NCBI GenBank assembly: GCA_950097015.1
Contig: CATNEN010000038.1
Location: 19,034,001 to 19,098,000, forward strand
Origin: Macrostomum hystrix
Taxonomy: Eukaryota > Animalia > Platyhelminthes
DNA: 64,000 nt
Reading direction: 5' to 3'
Under the pieces are notes generated by a model. The model worked only from the letters and a program-made list of their open reading frames with translations, was not told the origin of the DNA and searched no databases. Of the stretch, positions 14,125-27,570 are shown piece by piece. Every line of letters begins with the position of its first letter. The first letter of the stretch is position 1. A program made the translations under genes and the position numbers.

Positions 14125-14910
14125 CTTAACTGGGGAGAGCGGATGGAAGGCCACTTGCGTTAACTATGGAGAGCGGGTGGGAGGCCACTTCCGTTAACTA
14201 TGGAGAGCGGGTGGAAGGCCACTTCCGTTAACTATGGAGAGCGGGTGGGAGGCCACTTCCGTTAACTATGGAGAGCGGGTGGGAGGCCACTTCCGTTAAC
14301 TATGGAGAGCGGGTGGAAGGCCACTTCCGTTAACTATGGAGAGCGGGTGGAAGGCCACTTGCGTTAACTATGGAGAGCGGGTGGGAGGCCACTTCCGTTA
14401 ACTATGGAGAGCGGGTGGAAGGCCAATTGCGTTAACTATGGAGAGCGGGTGGGAGGCCACTTCCGTTAACTATGGAGAGCGGGTGGAAGGCCACTTCCGT
14501 TAACTATGGAGAGCGGGTGGGAGGCCACTTCCGTTAACTATGGAGAGCGGGTGGATGGCCACTTGCGTTAACTATGGAGAGCGGGTGGAAGGCCACTTCC
14601 GTTAACTATGGAGAGCGGGTGGAAGGCCACTTGCGTTAACTATGGAGAGCGGGTGGGAGGCCACTTCCGTTAACTATGGAGAGCGGGTGGAAGGCCAATT
14701 GCGTTAACTATGGAGAGCGGGTGGAAGGCCACTTGCGTTAACTATGGAGAGCGGGTGGAAGGCCACTTCCGTTAACTATGGAGAGCGGGTGGAAGGCCAC
14801 TTCCGTTAACTATGGAGAGCGGGTGGGAGGCCACTTCCGTTAACTATGGAGAGCGGGTGGAAGGCCACTTCGTTAACTGTGGAGAGCGGATGGATGGCAA
14901 CTTCCGTTAA
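14125..14910. repeat. Intergenic ~34-bp minisatellite (ggccacttccgttaactatggagagcgggtggaa)
   Basis: About 23 head-to-tail units with no spacers. Confidence 0.95.
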
Positions 14911-15554
14911 AAATTCAAAGTGGTAAACAATACGATCTCGCTTTAAAATGCATCGACTTCTGCATCAGTAGCCTGTTACGATCGTAAACTTCTACTCGTA
15001 CGAGTTTTAATATTTGCAGCTACAATAACCAAGGTATTTTTGGCACTTCCAGAACATCTTGACTAAAAAAGGAATGCACAGAAAGCATTGGATGGCCCTA
15101 TAAGCGCTGGGGTGTGTCAAACCACAATGACCCTGTATGATGCTTTATTCATGTTTATTTAGTCTTTTTTTCTGAACTCGTCCACTTTATGAGCAATGAG
15201 CAGTCTCTAAAAATATAGTTTTTCTTTAGCAAAATGAACAATTTTCTCACGCATACTGTACGCTAGGGTTTAAATATGAATACATATGTGTAAGAGACAA
15301 GTTTGAATAGATAAATCTGTGCTATTATTTCGCTTTAAGCCAGCTAGCAAGCTTATAGCAATTAAGAGGTCCATTATTTTACTGCCGCAAAACAGCTTAC
15401 TGGCTTTTACTTTAAACTCTGGCTTTCAATAATCAGTTAAGGCTGTTATGGTAAGTGCACTGCATGTTTCCATTGCGTATGTAGATTTATTGTTTGGCTA
15501 AACCAAGCCACGGAACTATATAGAGTGGTACAGGGTGACAGGGGGACATTTGGC

Positions 15555-15658
15555 TCAGCCAATCAGCGAATAAATAGAAATAATAGTCATGTGACTCGGC
15601 CAGCCAATCAGTGGAAATACATAGTTATGGCTACTGGTGGCCTGGCTCAGCCAATCAA
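15555..15658 (+). promoter_or_regulatory. Three CAGCCAATCA (CCAAT/NF-Y-like) boxes upstream of ATG 15733
   Basis: CAGCCAATCA at ~15556, 15601 and 15648, same orientation, spaced about 45-47 bp. Confidence 0.4.
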
Positions 15659-15732
15659 CGGTGAGATAGAACGACAGGCTGATACTAACTTGCCTCCTGA
15701 TTTCTCTGTTCCCAGACCAGAGGGCAGTCAGC

Positions 15733-16499
15733 ATGGAACAGTCAAAGAGGAACAAAGGAGGCAACAAATGCAGCCAATGTCTGAACGCCATGGCAGAGGC
15801 TGAAGCAGACAAACTCAAGGAGATCTACAGCGAGCGATACGGCCAGTGGTACAAAGTCAATGGCAAGCCGAACGTGCGATTAGTGGCCGCTTTCTTAATC
15901 AGCAGGGGCCAGATTGTCAGCTGTCATGTCTTTGACAGGTGAGGAAGCTGATTTGCCAGGAGAGTGATAAAATCAGAATTAGCAAACTGGCCATTGCTAA
16001 TTCTGGTGATTTGGCCAGATAATTGGCAGAATGGCAGATAATTGGCAGAATGGCAGATAATTGGCAGAATGGTAGATAAGTGGCAGAATGGCAGAATGGC
16101 AGATAAGTGGCAGAATGGCAGATAAGTGGCAGAATGGCAGATAATTGGCAGAATGGCAGATAATTGGCAGAATGGCAGATAAGTGGCAGAATGGCAGATA
16201 AGTGGCGGAATGGCAGATAAGTGGCAGAATGGCAGATAGCTAAAAGCGACCCCATGCTGTGTCCCCAATGTCTCAGGACTAGACCGTTTGCAATGACTGA
16301 ACGCAGACGCAACCTGCTGGCCAAGTACTACAAGTCGCCGCGTGATAAATACGTGCTGATGTACTGCGTGTTGGCTAGCGACACGGAGTTCTATCACCCT
16401 GTAAACATCAGAGACTTTGCCGCCTGGCCCAATCTGGAGAATAGAAGCAAAAAAAGTCCTTTGCAAATTCTGCGAGAGGTCTGGTTCGCACCGGCCTGA
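15733..16499 (+). CDS. Hypothetical ~152-aa protein with two CxxC motifs
   Basis: Exon 15733-15938 ends at an AG|GTGAGG donor; a minisatellite-filled intron follows; the only phase-compatible acceptor is a weak AAG giving exon 16247-16499. Motifs CSQC and CPQC. No family recognised. Confidence 0.4.
16015..16238. repeat. Intronic ~21-bp minisatellite (tggcagaatggcagataa(g/t))
   Basis: Tandem units are visible. Confidence 0.9.
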
Positions 16500-17027
16500 C
16501 AGCTCTCAAGATGTAACAAAAAATGTTATGCGCGCTACTTGCAGTACAGTAGTGAAGATAGTATTGCCCAAAAAAGTAAAATGTAACGCTTAAGTGCGCA
16601 TGACGTTAAAAGTTAAGCTACAATGTCTAATTTATTTTGTTTTTTTGACAGGAAACATTTTTATAACGAAAAAACACGGTGAATTCTAAATAAAGCGCGA
16701 ACCCTACAGCTGAAACGATTGCACAGAAAATGAAAACTGTAATGCTAAAGTACAAAAGACAGTAAATTATAAGCTACGATGTCTTATTCGTTCTATTTTT
16801 AACTATGAAAATAAGAAAATATTAGTTCTAGAGCTGGGTGGACAATCCCCTGAGCTGGGTGCGTAAAAGTGCAACAACTGAAAATGACTGGGTAGGACAA
16901 ATATTACCGAAAATGATAGTTGCTAGGAAGCTGCTAAGGAACTGTCAGAAATAAAATCAAAGCTGCTAAAAGCTCGCTAGCTGACGAGAAAAAGAAAGCC
17001 AAGGTGAGCACTCTCAGGTGTGGGTCG

Positions 17028-20000
17028 TCAGTAGTCAAGAGGCCTGGAGTTGTCGACGAATGCAGTCAGCGGTTTGTAGTTGTGAGGCAACTGCATAGCC
17101 AGGTGAAATGCGCAGTACTTCACCCGCTCGCCGATGGTCGCAGGTCCGACAATCTCGCAGATCATTCGCATCGCTGCGTTGGCCCGTCCGTGGCTCAGCT
17201 CAGGCCGAACAATCAAGCTGAAGGTCGGCCTCTGACCGTTGACAGTCAACTGCGGCTTTCGTCGGACGCCCGGTGTGAGGGCGCCGTCAGATGCGATGGC
17301 AGGCGAGCAGGCGGTGGCGCCGCAGGTGGCCGTGTCGGATGCGGGGCCGGAGCTGCCAGGCTGAAGGACCTCGATGGTGCATTGGCAGCACTTCTCTATT
17401 TTTCTCAAGGTCCTGATCTTCAACAGCTGGTTGGTCTTCTCAGTCACGGGCGCCCTCGCCTCAAATGACAGAACCCGCAGGTCCTTCATGTGCTGGTCAA
17501 ACTTCCTGTAGTCGCTCAGCGGAACGCAGATGGTCAGATTGAGCGGGCTGAAGGCAGGGCCATTAGGGTAGGCATCTCTGTTCAGCACTCGGTGCATTTG
17601 CGCCAGCTCGCCAATCAGACAGCCCTGCGGGTGGGGCCTCATTAGGTCAGAGAACTGGCGCTCCCGCAGGTAGCCGAGGCGCAGACGCAGCAGGCCAAAC
17701 ATCGGCACTGGGCCGCAGTCCACCAGGCGGTTGCAAAGTCGCTGAAGGTGGCAGCGAAGCCTGGTGGACAACACGCTGGCATCCTGTGCAGATTGGTACA
17801 GGTAAAGAGTAGCCAGCGCTGAGTCCACAAGGCTGAGCACGGCTTCACGCCACTCCGCAGCCGTGTGCACCTCTGCCATGCAGGCGGTTCGTTCCTCAGA
17901 CGGTACCATCAGCTTGGCCACATCGATGAGGTCCCACACGGTCTGTGCCTCGCTGTACAGCCGTCTCACACCGTTGCTAACCGCTCTCAGCTGCTGCGCT
18001 TGGTCAAACTTCTCCCGGATGCTCGACATTCGGCGGTCCCAGACGTTACCGGCGCAGTCCGCAGAGCTGACGGCTCGACGCCACCACTCGAACATTGCGT
18101 TGAGTGCGGTCTTGAAGTCCTGGTTGTTGACGCGCTCGTTTGGGAGAAAGCTGCTCAACAGGGCCTCCGTGTGCTCAACGAACTGCAGGGCCATCGCCTC
18201 CTGTGGCTCAACCGCGCCAGACGCTGCTTCAGCTGCGGGCTCGCCTTTGCGGTCGCTGTTGCATTCGCCAGCCTCGCCTCCTGAGTCTGCGTCCTCTGCG
18301 ACGGCCGGCTCCTCGTACGGCTGCAGGAAGGCGGGCGGCGGCGGTGGCAGCTGGGACAGAGTGTCGCCTCGACCGAAGCTTCTGGAGCAGACGTCGTCTT
18401 CGCTGATGTTCAGCAAGTCTCCAGCGGCTGACGAACCAGCAGCTTGACCTTCGGTGACAGCGACTCCGACGCCGTTGACGCTGTTGAGGCTCGCGAAGCA
18501 GGCCAGCATGTCGTCGAGGAGCGCCATCACCGACTTGTGGAAGCCTCCGTCGCCTTTAGCGGGGCAGCGGGCCACGAAGGACATGACTGTGTTGGCGAGA
18601 CTCTGCATCCGGGAATGGATCAACCGGCGCCGCTGCTCAGCCGTCTGCGCGTAGCGACCGACCGCGGCTGCCAGGGCGACTGCCCGGCGCCGGGCGAACC
18701 CCGAAGAGCTGGAGTGCGGCGCGGTATGCCGGAGGTCCTCGTCCACCTGCTCGGCGAAGACCAACAGCAGACTGGACAGCGTGGCGTCATCGGCCTCGCC
18801 AAGAGCGGCTTCGGGCCATAGGAAGAGCCGCATTTGCCAGTGAATTGTGCGCAGGTCGTTCAGGGCTTCCCGGAGCTCCAACGGAGCCTGCGGGTCATTG
18901 GAAGGGCTGCCAGTTCAATAAGAAGGCTGTGGCAGCAAATGGAAGGTTGTGGCAGCCATTGGAAGGTTGGGACAGCCAATGGAGGGTTGTGGCAGCCAAT
19001 CGAATGCTGTGGCAGCCAATGGAAGGTTGGGACAGCCAATGGAGGGATGTGGCAGCTATTGGAAGGTTGGGGCAGCCAATGGAGGGTTGTGGCAGCCAAT
19101 GGAAGGTTGTAGCAGCCATTGGAAGGTTGGGACAGCGAATGGAGGGTTGGGGCAGCCATTGGAGGGTTGGGACAGCCAATGGAGGGTTGGGGCAGCCAAT
19201 GGAAGTTTGTCGCAGCCAATGGAGGGATGTGGCAGCTATTGGAAGGTTGGGGCAGCCAATGGAGGGTTGTGGCAGCCAATGGAGGGTTGTGGCGGCCAAT
19301 GGAGGGTTCGGGCAGCCAATGGAGGGTTAAAGGAACTGCTACCGACTCTCAAACGCCTCTCAAGCAGCAAGCCGGGACACAATGACCCAGCAGCAATAAC
19401 ACAATGACCCAGTGCTCACGGAACTGCTGGCAGTCAGAAGGTTCAGCAGAACCTGCAGCTCGGGCTGGTTGAATGGGAAAGCTCCGGGAAGCCGCAGACG
19501 GGCGCTCCGCTCGCCGAATTCGTCGGCAAAGTGGCGAAGCGCGGTTGCCGCGGCCTCGAGGTCCCAGTAGCCCGAAGGCGTTCGCTTCCCTGCGCGGTCC
19601 GCCTGAGCGAGCATCGACGACACGACCTGGCACAGACGCCGCTCTTCAAAGAAATCATCCGCAGCTGTGGCAGCTGATGGCGACATTGACTGACTGTCTG
19701 TCAACCTTCGAGACGCCAGGCGGACGTCCGTGTCATCGCCAGAGTTGCTGACCTGATCCTGCCGGGATGATGATGATTTTGGTGAAGCTTATGATTTGGA
19801 GACTGTGCTCACAGACAATGAGTTGGTGACTGTGCTCACAGACAATGAGTTGGTGACTGTGCTCACAGACAATGAGTTGGTGACTGTGCTCACAGACAAT
19901 GAGTTGGTGACTCTGCTCACAGACAATGAGTTGGAGACTGTGCTCACAGATACTGAGTTGGTGACTGTGCTCACAGACAATGAGTTGGTGACTCTGCTCA

Positions 20001-21765
20001 CAGACAATGAGTTGGAGACTGTGCTCACAGATACTGAGTTGGAGACTGCATGTGCTCACAGACAATAAGTTGGAGACTGCTCACAGACAATGAGTTGGTG
20101 ACTGTGCTCACAGACAATGAGTTGGTGACTGTGCTCACAGACAATGAGTTGGAGACTGTGCTCACAGATACTGAGTTGGTGACTGTGCTCACAGATACTG
20201 AGTTGGTGACTGTGCTCACAGACAATGAGTTGGTGACTCTGCTCACAGACAATGAGTTGGAGACTGTGCTCACAGATACTGAGTTGGTGACTGTGCTCAC
20301 AGATACTGAGTTGGTGACTGTGCTCACAGACAATGAGTTGGTGACTCTGCTCACAGACAATGAGTTGGAGACTGCTCACAGATACTGAGTTGGAGACTGC
20401 ATGTGCTCACAGACAATAAGTTGGAGACTGCTCACAGACAATGAGTTGGTGACTGTGCTCACAGACAATGAGTTGGAGACTGTGCTCACAGATACTGAGT
20501 TGGAGACTGCATGTGCTCACAGACAATAAGTTGGAGACTGCTCACAGACAATGAGTTGGTGACTGTGCTCACAGACAATGAGTTGGAGACTGTGCTCACA
20601 GATACTGAGTTGGAGACTGTGCTCACAGACACTGAGTTGGAGACTGCATGTGCTCACAGACACTGAGTTGGAGACTGTGCTCACTGACAATGAGTTGGAG
20701 ACTGTGCTCACAGATACTGAGTTGGAGACTGTGCTCACAGATACTGAGTTGGTGACTGTGCTCACAGACAATGAGTTGGTGACTGTGCTCACAGACAATG
20801 AGTTGGTGACTGTGCTCACAGACAATGAGTTGGAGACTGTGCTCACAGATACTGAGTTGGAGACTGCATGTGCTCACAGACAATGAGTTGGTGACTGTGC
20901 TCACAGACAATGAGTTGGAGACTGCATGTGCTCACAGACACTGAGTTGGAGACTGTGCTCACTGACAATGAGTTGGAGACTGTGCTCACAGACAATGAGT
21001 TGGAGACTGTGCTCACAGACAACGAGTTAGAGACTGTGCTCACTGACAATGAGTTGGAGACTGTGCTCACAGACAATGAGTTAGAGACTGTGCTCACTGA
21101 CAATGAGTTGGAGACTGTACTCACAGACAATGAGTTGGAGACTGTGCTCACAGACAACGAGTTAGAGACTGTGCTCACTGACAATGAGTTGGAGACTGTG
21201 CTAACAGACAATGAGTTAGAGACTGTGCTCACAGACAATGAGTTAGAGACTGTGCTCACTGACAATGAGTTGGAGACTGTGCTCACTGACAATGAGTTGG
21301 AGACTGTGCTCACAGTGAGTCAATCGTTACAAACCATCATAATGAGCTCACCATATGCTGATTCTCAGGTGTCTGAGAGCCCCTTTTTTGTTTGTCCTCA
21401 GGTGCACCGGCATCGGTGATGCCCAGGTATTTTATGAAGTCTTCAAAGTCGGCGCCCTTTGCCTCCAGCTTCTGCTGCTGCTTCCGCTGCTTGTGCCTCG
21501 TTGGCAGCGGCTGCGGCAGCCTGCTCGGCGCCAGGGCTCCGAGTCCTTCGTTGGAAACGCCAAAGTCGCTGCAGCTTGCATTTTTCGTGTCGGACACCAG
21601 CTCCTGAAGAGCCCGCAGTCCCGACTTGCCTCCGCGACTGCCGCCGCCTCCGCAGGATCTGGCGTCCTCTGAAGTAGAGCCCGGCTCCCAGTGCCTGCTG
21701 TGCGAACTTGAGCACTTTCTCCGTGCTGAGCTATGCTCAGGCAGAGGCCCAGTGCGTGCGTCCAT
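17028..21765 (-). CDS. ~870-aa protein with a C-terminal divergent STAR-type (QUA1-KH-QUA2-like) domain
   Basis: Three phase-0 GT-AG exons 21765-21352, 19758-19420, 18887-17028. C-terminal ICVPLSDYRKFD, TLRKIEKCCQCTIEVLQPGS and AAMRMICEIVGPATIGERVKYCAFHLAMQL align by eye with Quaking/GLD-1 KH-QUA2 motifs. The gene is solid; the domain call is moderate. Confidence 0.65.
18925..19328. repeat. Intronic 20-bp minisatellite (ggcagccaatggagggttgt)
   Basis: About 20 tandem units. Confidence 0.95.
19797..21315. repeat. Intronic 27-bp minisatellite (gactgtgctcacagacaatgagttgga)
   Basis: About 55 tandem units filling intron 1 of the STAR-like gene. Confidence 0.95.
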
Positions 21766-22209
21766 TGCTCACCGCTATCGGATGTTGGCTATTATTTTTG
21801 TGCTTTTCTCTGCTGGTTTTGGCTGCTGCCTTGCAGGCCTGTCTGCGCACTCACTTGCGGCCATAGACTATTCGACTAAGCGCTTAGCGTTCGGCTAAGC
21901 TTCGGTCTGCTGTGATTGATTCACATGTTCTTTTCTATAAATAAATCTAGATAGTTAAAACTGCTCAAATATGGGAATGCATATAAAGTTTATTATTCTT
22001 TATATGATAGCAACCCTTACCCGGTAAGTTCTTGGGTCAGAAATACTGGAAAAATTATACTCTTTATTTCCATATTGGTTAACGACCTTAAACGCACGTT
22101 ATTTAACAGAATTCTGGATTAATTGACGATCCCAGGCTTTCGATTAGAGGCTCATAAATCGATTATAGGAGACTCAAATTCAGGATTAGAGACTTTCAAT
22201 TTTATGATT

Positions 22210-23985
22210 TGAGTCTCTCACCTTGATGCTGATTAGAGGCTCTCACCTTCATGATGATCAGAGGCTCTCACCTTCATGATAATTAGAGGCTCTCACCTTC
22301 ATCATGATTAGAGGCTCTCACCTTCATGTTGATTAGAGGCTCTCACCTTGATGATGATTAGAGGCTCTCACCTTCATGATAATTAGAGGCTCTCACCTAC
22401 ATCATGATTAGAGGCTCTCACCTTCATGATGATTAGAGGCTCTCACCTTCATGATAATTAGAGGCTCTCACCTACATCATGATAAGAGGCTCTCACCTTC
22501 ATGTTGATTAGAGGCTCTCACCTTGATGATGATTAGAGGCTCTCACCTTGATGATGATTAGAGGCTCTCACCTTCATGATGATCAGATCGAGGCTCTCAC
22601 CTTGATGATGATTAGAGGCTCTCACCTTCATGATGATCAGAGGCTCTCACCTTCATGATGATCAGAGGCTCTCACCTTCCTGATGATCAGAGGCTCTCAC
22701 CTTGATGATGATTAGAGGCTCTCACCTTGATGCTGATTAGAGGCTCTCACCTTCATGATAATTAGAGGCTCTCACCTACATCATGATTAGAGGCTCTCAC
22801 CTTCATGTTGATTAGAGGCTCTCACCTTGATGATGATTAGAGGCTCTCACCTTCATGATAATTAGAGGCTCTCACCTACATCATGATTAGAGGCTCTCAC
22901 CTTCATGATGATTAGAGGCTCTCACCTTCATGATAATTAGAGGCTCTCACCTACATCATGATAAGAGGCTCTCACCTTCATGTTGATTAGAGGCTCTCAC
23001 CTTGATGATGATTAGAGGCTCTCACCTTCATGATGATCAGATCGAGGCTCTCACCTTGATGATGATTAGAGGCTCTCACCTTCATGATGATCAGAGGCTC
23101 TCACCTTCATGATGATCAGAGGCTCTCACCTTCATGATGATCAGAGGCTCTCACCTTCATGATGATCAGAGGCTCTCACCTTCATGATGATCAGAGGCTC
23201 TCACCTTCATGATGATCAGAGGCTCTCACCTTCCTGATGATCAGAGGCTCTCACCTTGATGATGATCAGAGGCTCTCACCTTCATGATGATTAGAGGCTC
23301 TCACCTTCATGATGATTAGAGGCTCTCACCTTCATGATGATTAGAGGCTCTCACCTTCATGTTGATTAGAGGCTCTCACCTTCATGATAATTAGAGGCTC
23401 TCACCTTCATGATGATTAGAGGCTCTCACCTTCATGATGATCAGATCGAGGCTCTCACCTTGATGATGATTAGAGGCTCTCACCTTCATGATGATCAGAG
23501 GCTCTCACCTTCATGATGATCAGAGGCTCTCACCTTCATGATGATCAGAGGCTCTCACCTTCATGATGATTAGAGGCTCTCACCTTCATGATGATTAGAG
23601 GCTCTCACCTTCATGATGATTAGAGGCTCTCACCTTCATGATGATTAGAGGCTCTCACCTTCATGATGATTAGAGGCTCTCACCTTGATGATGATTAGAG
23701 GCTCTCACCTTGATGATGATCAGAGGCTCTCACATTCATGATGATCAGAGGCTCTTACCTTGATTACCAGAGGCTCTCAGCTTGATGATTAGAGGCTCTC
23801 ACCTTGATGATCAGAGGCTCTCACCTTGATTACCAGAGGCTCTCACCTTGATGATCAGAGGCTTTCACCTTGATGATCAGAGGCTTTCACCTTGATGATC
23901 AGAGGCTCTCACCTTGATTACCAGAGGCTCTCACCTTGATGATCAGAGGCTTTCACCTTGATGATCGGAGGCTCTCACCTTAATG
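22210..23985. repeat. 25-bp minisatellite (agaggctctcaccttcatgatgatt), shortening to 22 bp at the 3' end
   Basis: About 70 tandem units with higher-order blocks. Confidence 0.95.
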
Positions 23986-24856
23986 TGCCCGATTTCACTT
24001 GATACATCTGGTGTGTATAAAATAAACAAAGCGCGTTTAAACCTTGACTGAGGCCAACACTTGTAGCAGTCAAATGACAAGAAAAAATCACAACAAGATC
24101 AATTGTAGATAACAATAAAGAGAGTATTTATTGAAGAGCAATTTTTAGCTTAAAAATACGCCAGTAATTCTTTCGTGCAGCAATCTTTTGCATGAATGCG
24201 GACTTCGGAATAAATATTATCTAACCAAGGTCTTTAAAAAAACATGGTGGAACAGGTTATAAAAATGTATTGTATCCTAATAAAAACGCAACGCCAAGTG
24301 CAGAATCTCAGATTCACTAAGTGAAATAGATAAAAAATTAGAAATTCTGTTAATCGAAAAATTCGACCAGTATTAAAAAGCCAAATTAAGGCGGTACACA
24401 GCGGCTGTAGCGTTTTTATGGCTTTCCGAACCTTACTTTAGCAGCCACATGTCAACTAGCGTACAAGAAAGAGACTGGAATATATTCTATGGGCTATTTT
24501 TAGCATTCAAGGTCAAGTAGCACGCGCGCTGGTGATGATAGTGGCTTCGTGAGCTATTTTTAGCTATAAACGTCATATAGCTGGCACGGAAATGAGTTTT
24601 TAATATGCGCGTCTCTACCAAAGAAATCGTTGGGCAATTCACAAGGTCGTTCCAATCGTTAGTAGGATTTGTAGCAAAAATAAAACAACGCACAAAACGC
24701 AGAACAAAAGCCATGGCCCTGGTAAAAATGTTTTTTGATCGCTTCAAATTTGCAGCCATAGCTGGTAAAATCACAGGATATGAGAAAGACTTAAATATAG
24801 TAAACAACTGATCAGATACTGACTGGCCAGTCATCATCGATTGAAAGTCAAGTGGG

Positions 24857-25393
24857 TCAAATCCGAACCGAGCCATCAGTGGGATCAGTTGGCACGATCC
24901 TCTGCAGTCTGCGCATCTGCTCTTCGAACGCCTTGTCGCTAAGGAGGTTTCTAGCGACGCCGATGTTGCAGCCAGGCCGGCCAACCACGGTTACAATGAG
25001 CGGCTGGCAGTTTAGCTGGACCACCTGATGGTTTATCACAGGCGTGACAGTTGCTATTCACACAAATCTCAACACCTACTGACGCAAAACTACAGTAGCG
25101 ATTCACACAAATCCATAGGACAATCTAGAAAAATAGCGGCCAAAACACACCGTCATCTGGTCGAACTGGCACACACAGCAGCTGGCAGTCCCTAGGCCGG
25201 CTTTGCTGGCGTGCTCGCCGACCTGACAGAAGCTGGGCACGAGGCCTCGCTTCAGCACTAGATCCACGGTCCACTGGCGCTCCGGCAGGGCCGCGGTGAT
25301 CAACGGCACCCCGCAACGGTCGGACAGCACGATTGCGTCGATTCCGTCCACAATGGACAGGTAGGTTTCCAGGAAACGCCTCACAGATTCCAT
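24857..25393 (-). CDS. LAMTOR3: Ragulator complex subunit LAMTOR3 (MP1/MAPKSP1), 136 aa
   Basis: Exons 25393-25151 and 25024-24857 (phase 0). Sequence MESVRRFL...VDGIDAIVLSDRCGVPLI...ASKAGLG...QMT|VVQLNCQPLIVTVVG...NIG matches the roadblock-fold LAMTOR3 pattern. Confidence 0.88.
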
Positions 25394-25559
25394 TGTAAAT
25401 TGAGATTGTTTTCCAATTGGCAAGTGTTAGGTGAACTGAAAAAACAAACATATACACTACTATTTATGTACTACTATTTATGTATATTTTCTACAAAAGA
25501 AGCTAATATAAAAATTCAACTGGGCAACATTGTCAACTAGGCATCATCATCAATGGGGA

Positions 25560-26143
25560 GTCATCATCAACTGGGGGATCATTGTCAACTGGGGGATCAT
25601 TGTCAACTGGGTGATCATTGTCAACTGGGGGATCATGGTCAACTGGGGGACCATTTTCAACTGGGGGATCATTGTCAACTGGGGGACCATTTTCAACTGG
25701 GGGATCATTGTCAACTGGGGGATCATTGTCAACTGGGGGATCATTGTCAACTGGGGGACCATTTTCAACTGGGGGATCATTGTCAACTGGGGGACCATTT
25801 TCAACTGGGGGATCATTGTCAACTGGGGGACCATTTTCAACTGGGGGATCATTGTCAACTGGGGGACCATTTTCAACTGGGGGATCATTGTCAACTGGGT
25901 GATCATTGTCAACTGGGGGATCATTGTCAACTGGGTGATCATTGTCAACTGGGGGATCATTGTAAACTGGCGGATCATTGTCAACTTGGGGAACATTGTC
26001 AACTGGGGGATCATTGTCAACTGGGGGATCATTGTCAACTGGGGGATCATTGTCAACTTGGGGAACATTGTCAACTGGGGGATCATGGTCAACTGGGGGA
26101 TCGTTGTCAACTGGGGGATCATCGTCAACTGGGTGATCATTGT
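25560..26143. repeat. 18-bp minisatellite (tcaactgggggatcattg)
   Basis: About 32 tandem units. Confidence 0.95.
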
Positions 26144-26251
26144 AGCTTAAAAAGCTGAAAATACAGCTGCTAAAAAGTATATACAAGACGAATTAAAAAT
26201 ATTTCTGCTCCCCGAAGGGGGGCAAAACATGCTAGTCTGCTCTGAATTTTA

Positions 26252-26438
26252 CATCATCAAGCAGTGTACAGTCTCACCGTGCCTTGGAGGTTGGCCCTCA
26301 AAAAGGGTGCAAATTTCGCGACAAGCCCCCACGCCTTCTCTACGCGTCTGCGCCCCAAATGAATGTGGCCTCGCCGCAGAATCGAGCTCAGGGACCTTAG
26401 TGCGAAAGGCAAAACGCGTTAACCGCTCTGCCACTCAC
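26252..26438 (-). mobile_element. tRNA-derived SINE, family 2 (partial)
   Basis: Homologous to 6737-7069 and 30000-30366. Confidence 0.75.
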
Positions 26439-27004
26439 TAGCAGTCTAGTAGTTATCTTAATTAAAAGACCTTAACAAACTAAAAACTCGTATTCTTAAA
26501 GGCGGTGCATTGCAAAATCACCAGCAAAAGTCTATTTATATTTGTTTTCTTGAAGCCAAATAAGGTGTCGCAAACCAAGCAAAACAGGAGGAACAAGGCA
26601 AATAAGTAAAAACTAAAAAATAAATGAGCATTCGTTTTCTGAGGAATTTATTATTCTTGCTTTAGAGTAAGAAAACGTATCACAGAACACAAAAAATAAA
26701 CTGTGATAAACATTTACCTATTTAATGGACTACAATAATGGATATGTTTATTTAAGCAGCACAAAACGTTTAAATTAAGAACAGTTTAATCGAATAATTG
26801 TTGCTCTTTATAAACAAAATCGAATGTTTTAATCGATGCCAAGACGCAAAATGAAAGAGTAATATTATAAAAAAAGAATTGTTTCGATATGAAAAGAAAG
26901 CCATAATAAAAAAAGATAAGTTATTTCAATATTCAAGTTCGATAACGTGCTGGCAAATATAAAAACGGGCTTAAAAACCAAAAAAGAAAAGCAAGTTAAG
27001 GAGT

Positions 27005-27570
27005 TTGGGGGTTGGCAGAGATCGGTTGAATATTGATGGTGAGGAGTTGGGGGTTGGCGGAGATCGAGTGTACATTGAAGGTGAGGAGTTGGGGGTCGGC
27101 AGAGATCGAGTGTACATTGAGGGTGAGGAGTTGGGGGTTGGCGGAGATCGAGTGTACATTGAAGGTGAGGAGTTGGGGGTCGGCAGAGATCGAGTGTACA
27201 TTGAGGGTGAGGAGTTGGGGGGTTGGCGGAGATCGAGTGTACATTGAGGGTGAGGAGTTGGGGGGTTGGCGGAGATCGAGTGTACATTGAGGGTGAGGAG
27301 TTCGGGGTTGGCGGAGATCGAGTGTACATTGAGGGTGAGGAGTTGGGGGGTTGGCGGAGATCGAGTGTACATTGAGGGTGAGGAGTTCGGGGTTGGCGGA
27401 GATCGAGTGTACATTGAGGGTGAGGAGTTGGGGGGTTGGCGGAGATCGAGTGTACATTGAGGGTGAGGAGTTCGGGGTTGGCGGAGAATGCGTGTACACT
27501 GAGAGTGTGGAGTTAAGGGTTGGCAGAGATTGAGTGTACATTGAGCGTGATGAGTTAAGGATTGGCGGAG
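27005..27570. repeat. 47-48-bp G-rich minisatellite
   Basis: About 12 units of gagatcgagtgtacattgagggtgaggagttggggggttggcg. Confidence 0.95.

Noticed and set aside
14125-14910. Possible CRISPR array (~34-bp repeat)
   Set aside because: The units are contiguous with no unique spacers, and the context is eukaryotic.
22210-23985. Repeated ATGATGA (box C-like) motifs
   Set aside because: Part of a 25-bp head-to-tail minisatellite with no regularly paired D box, guide or terminal stem.
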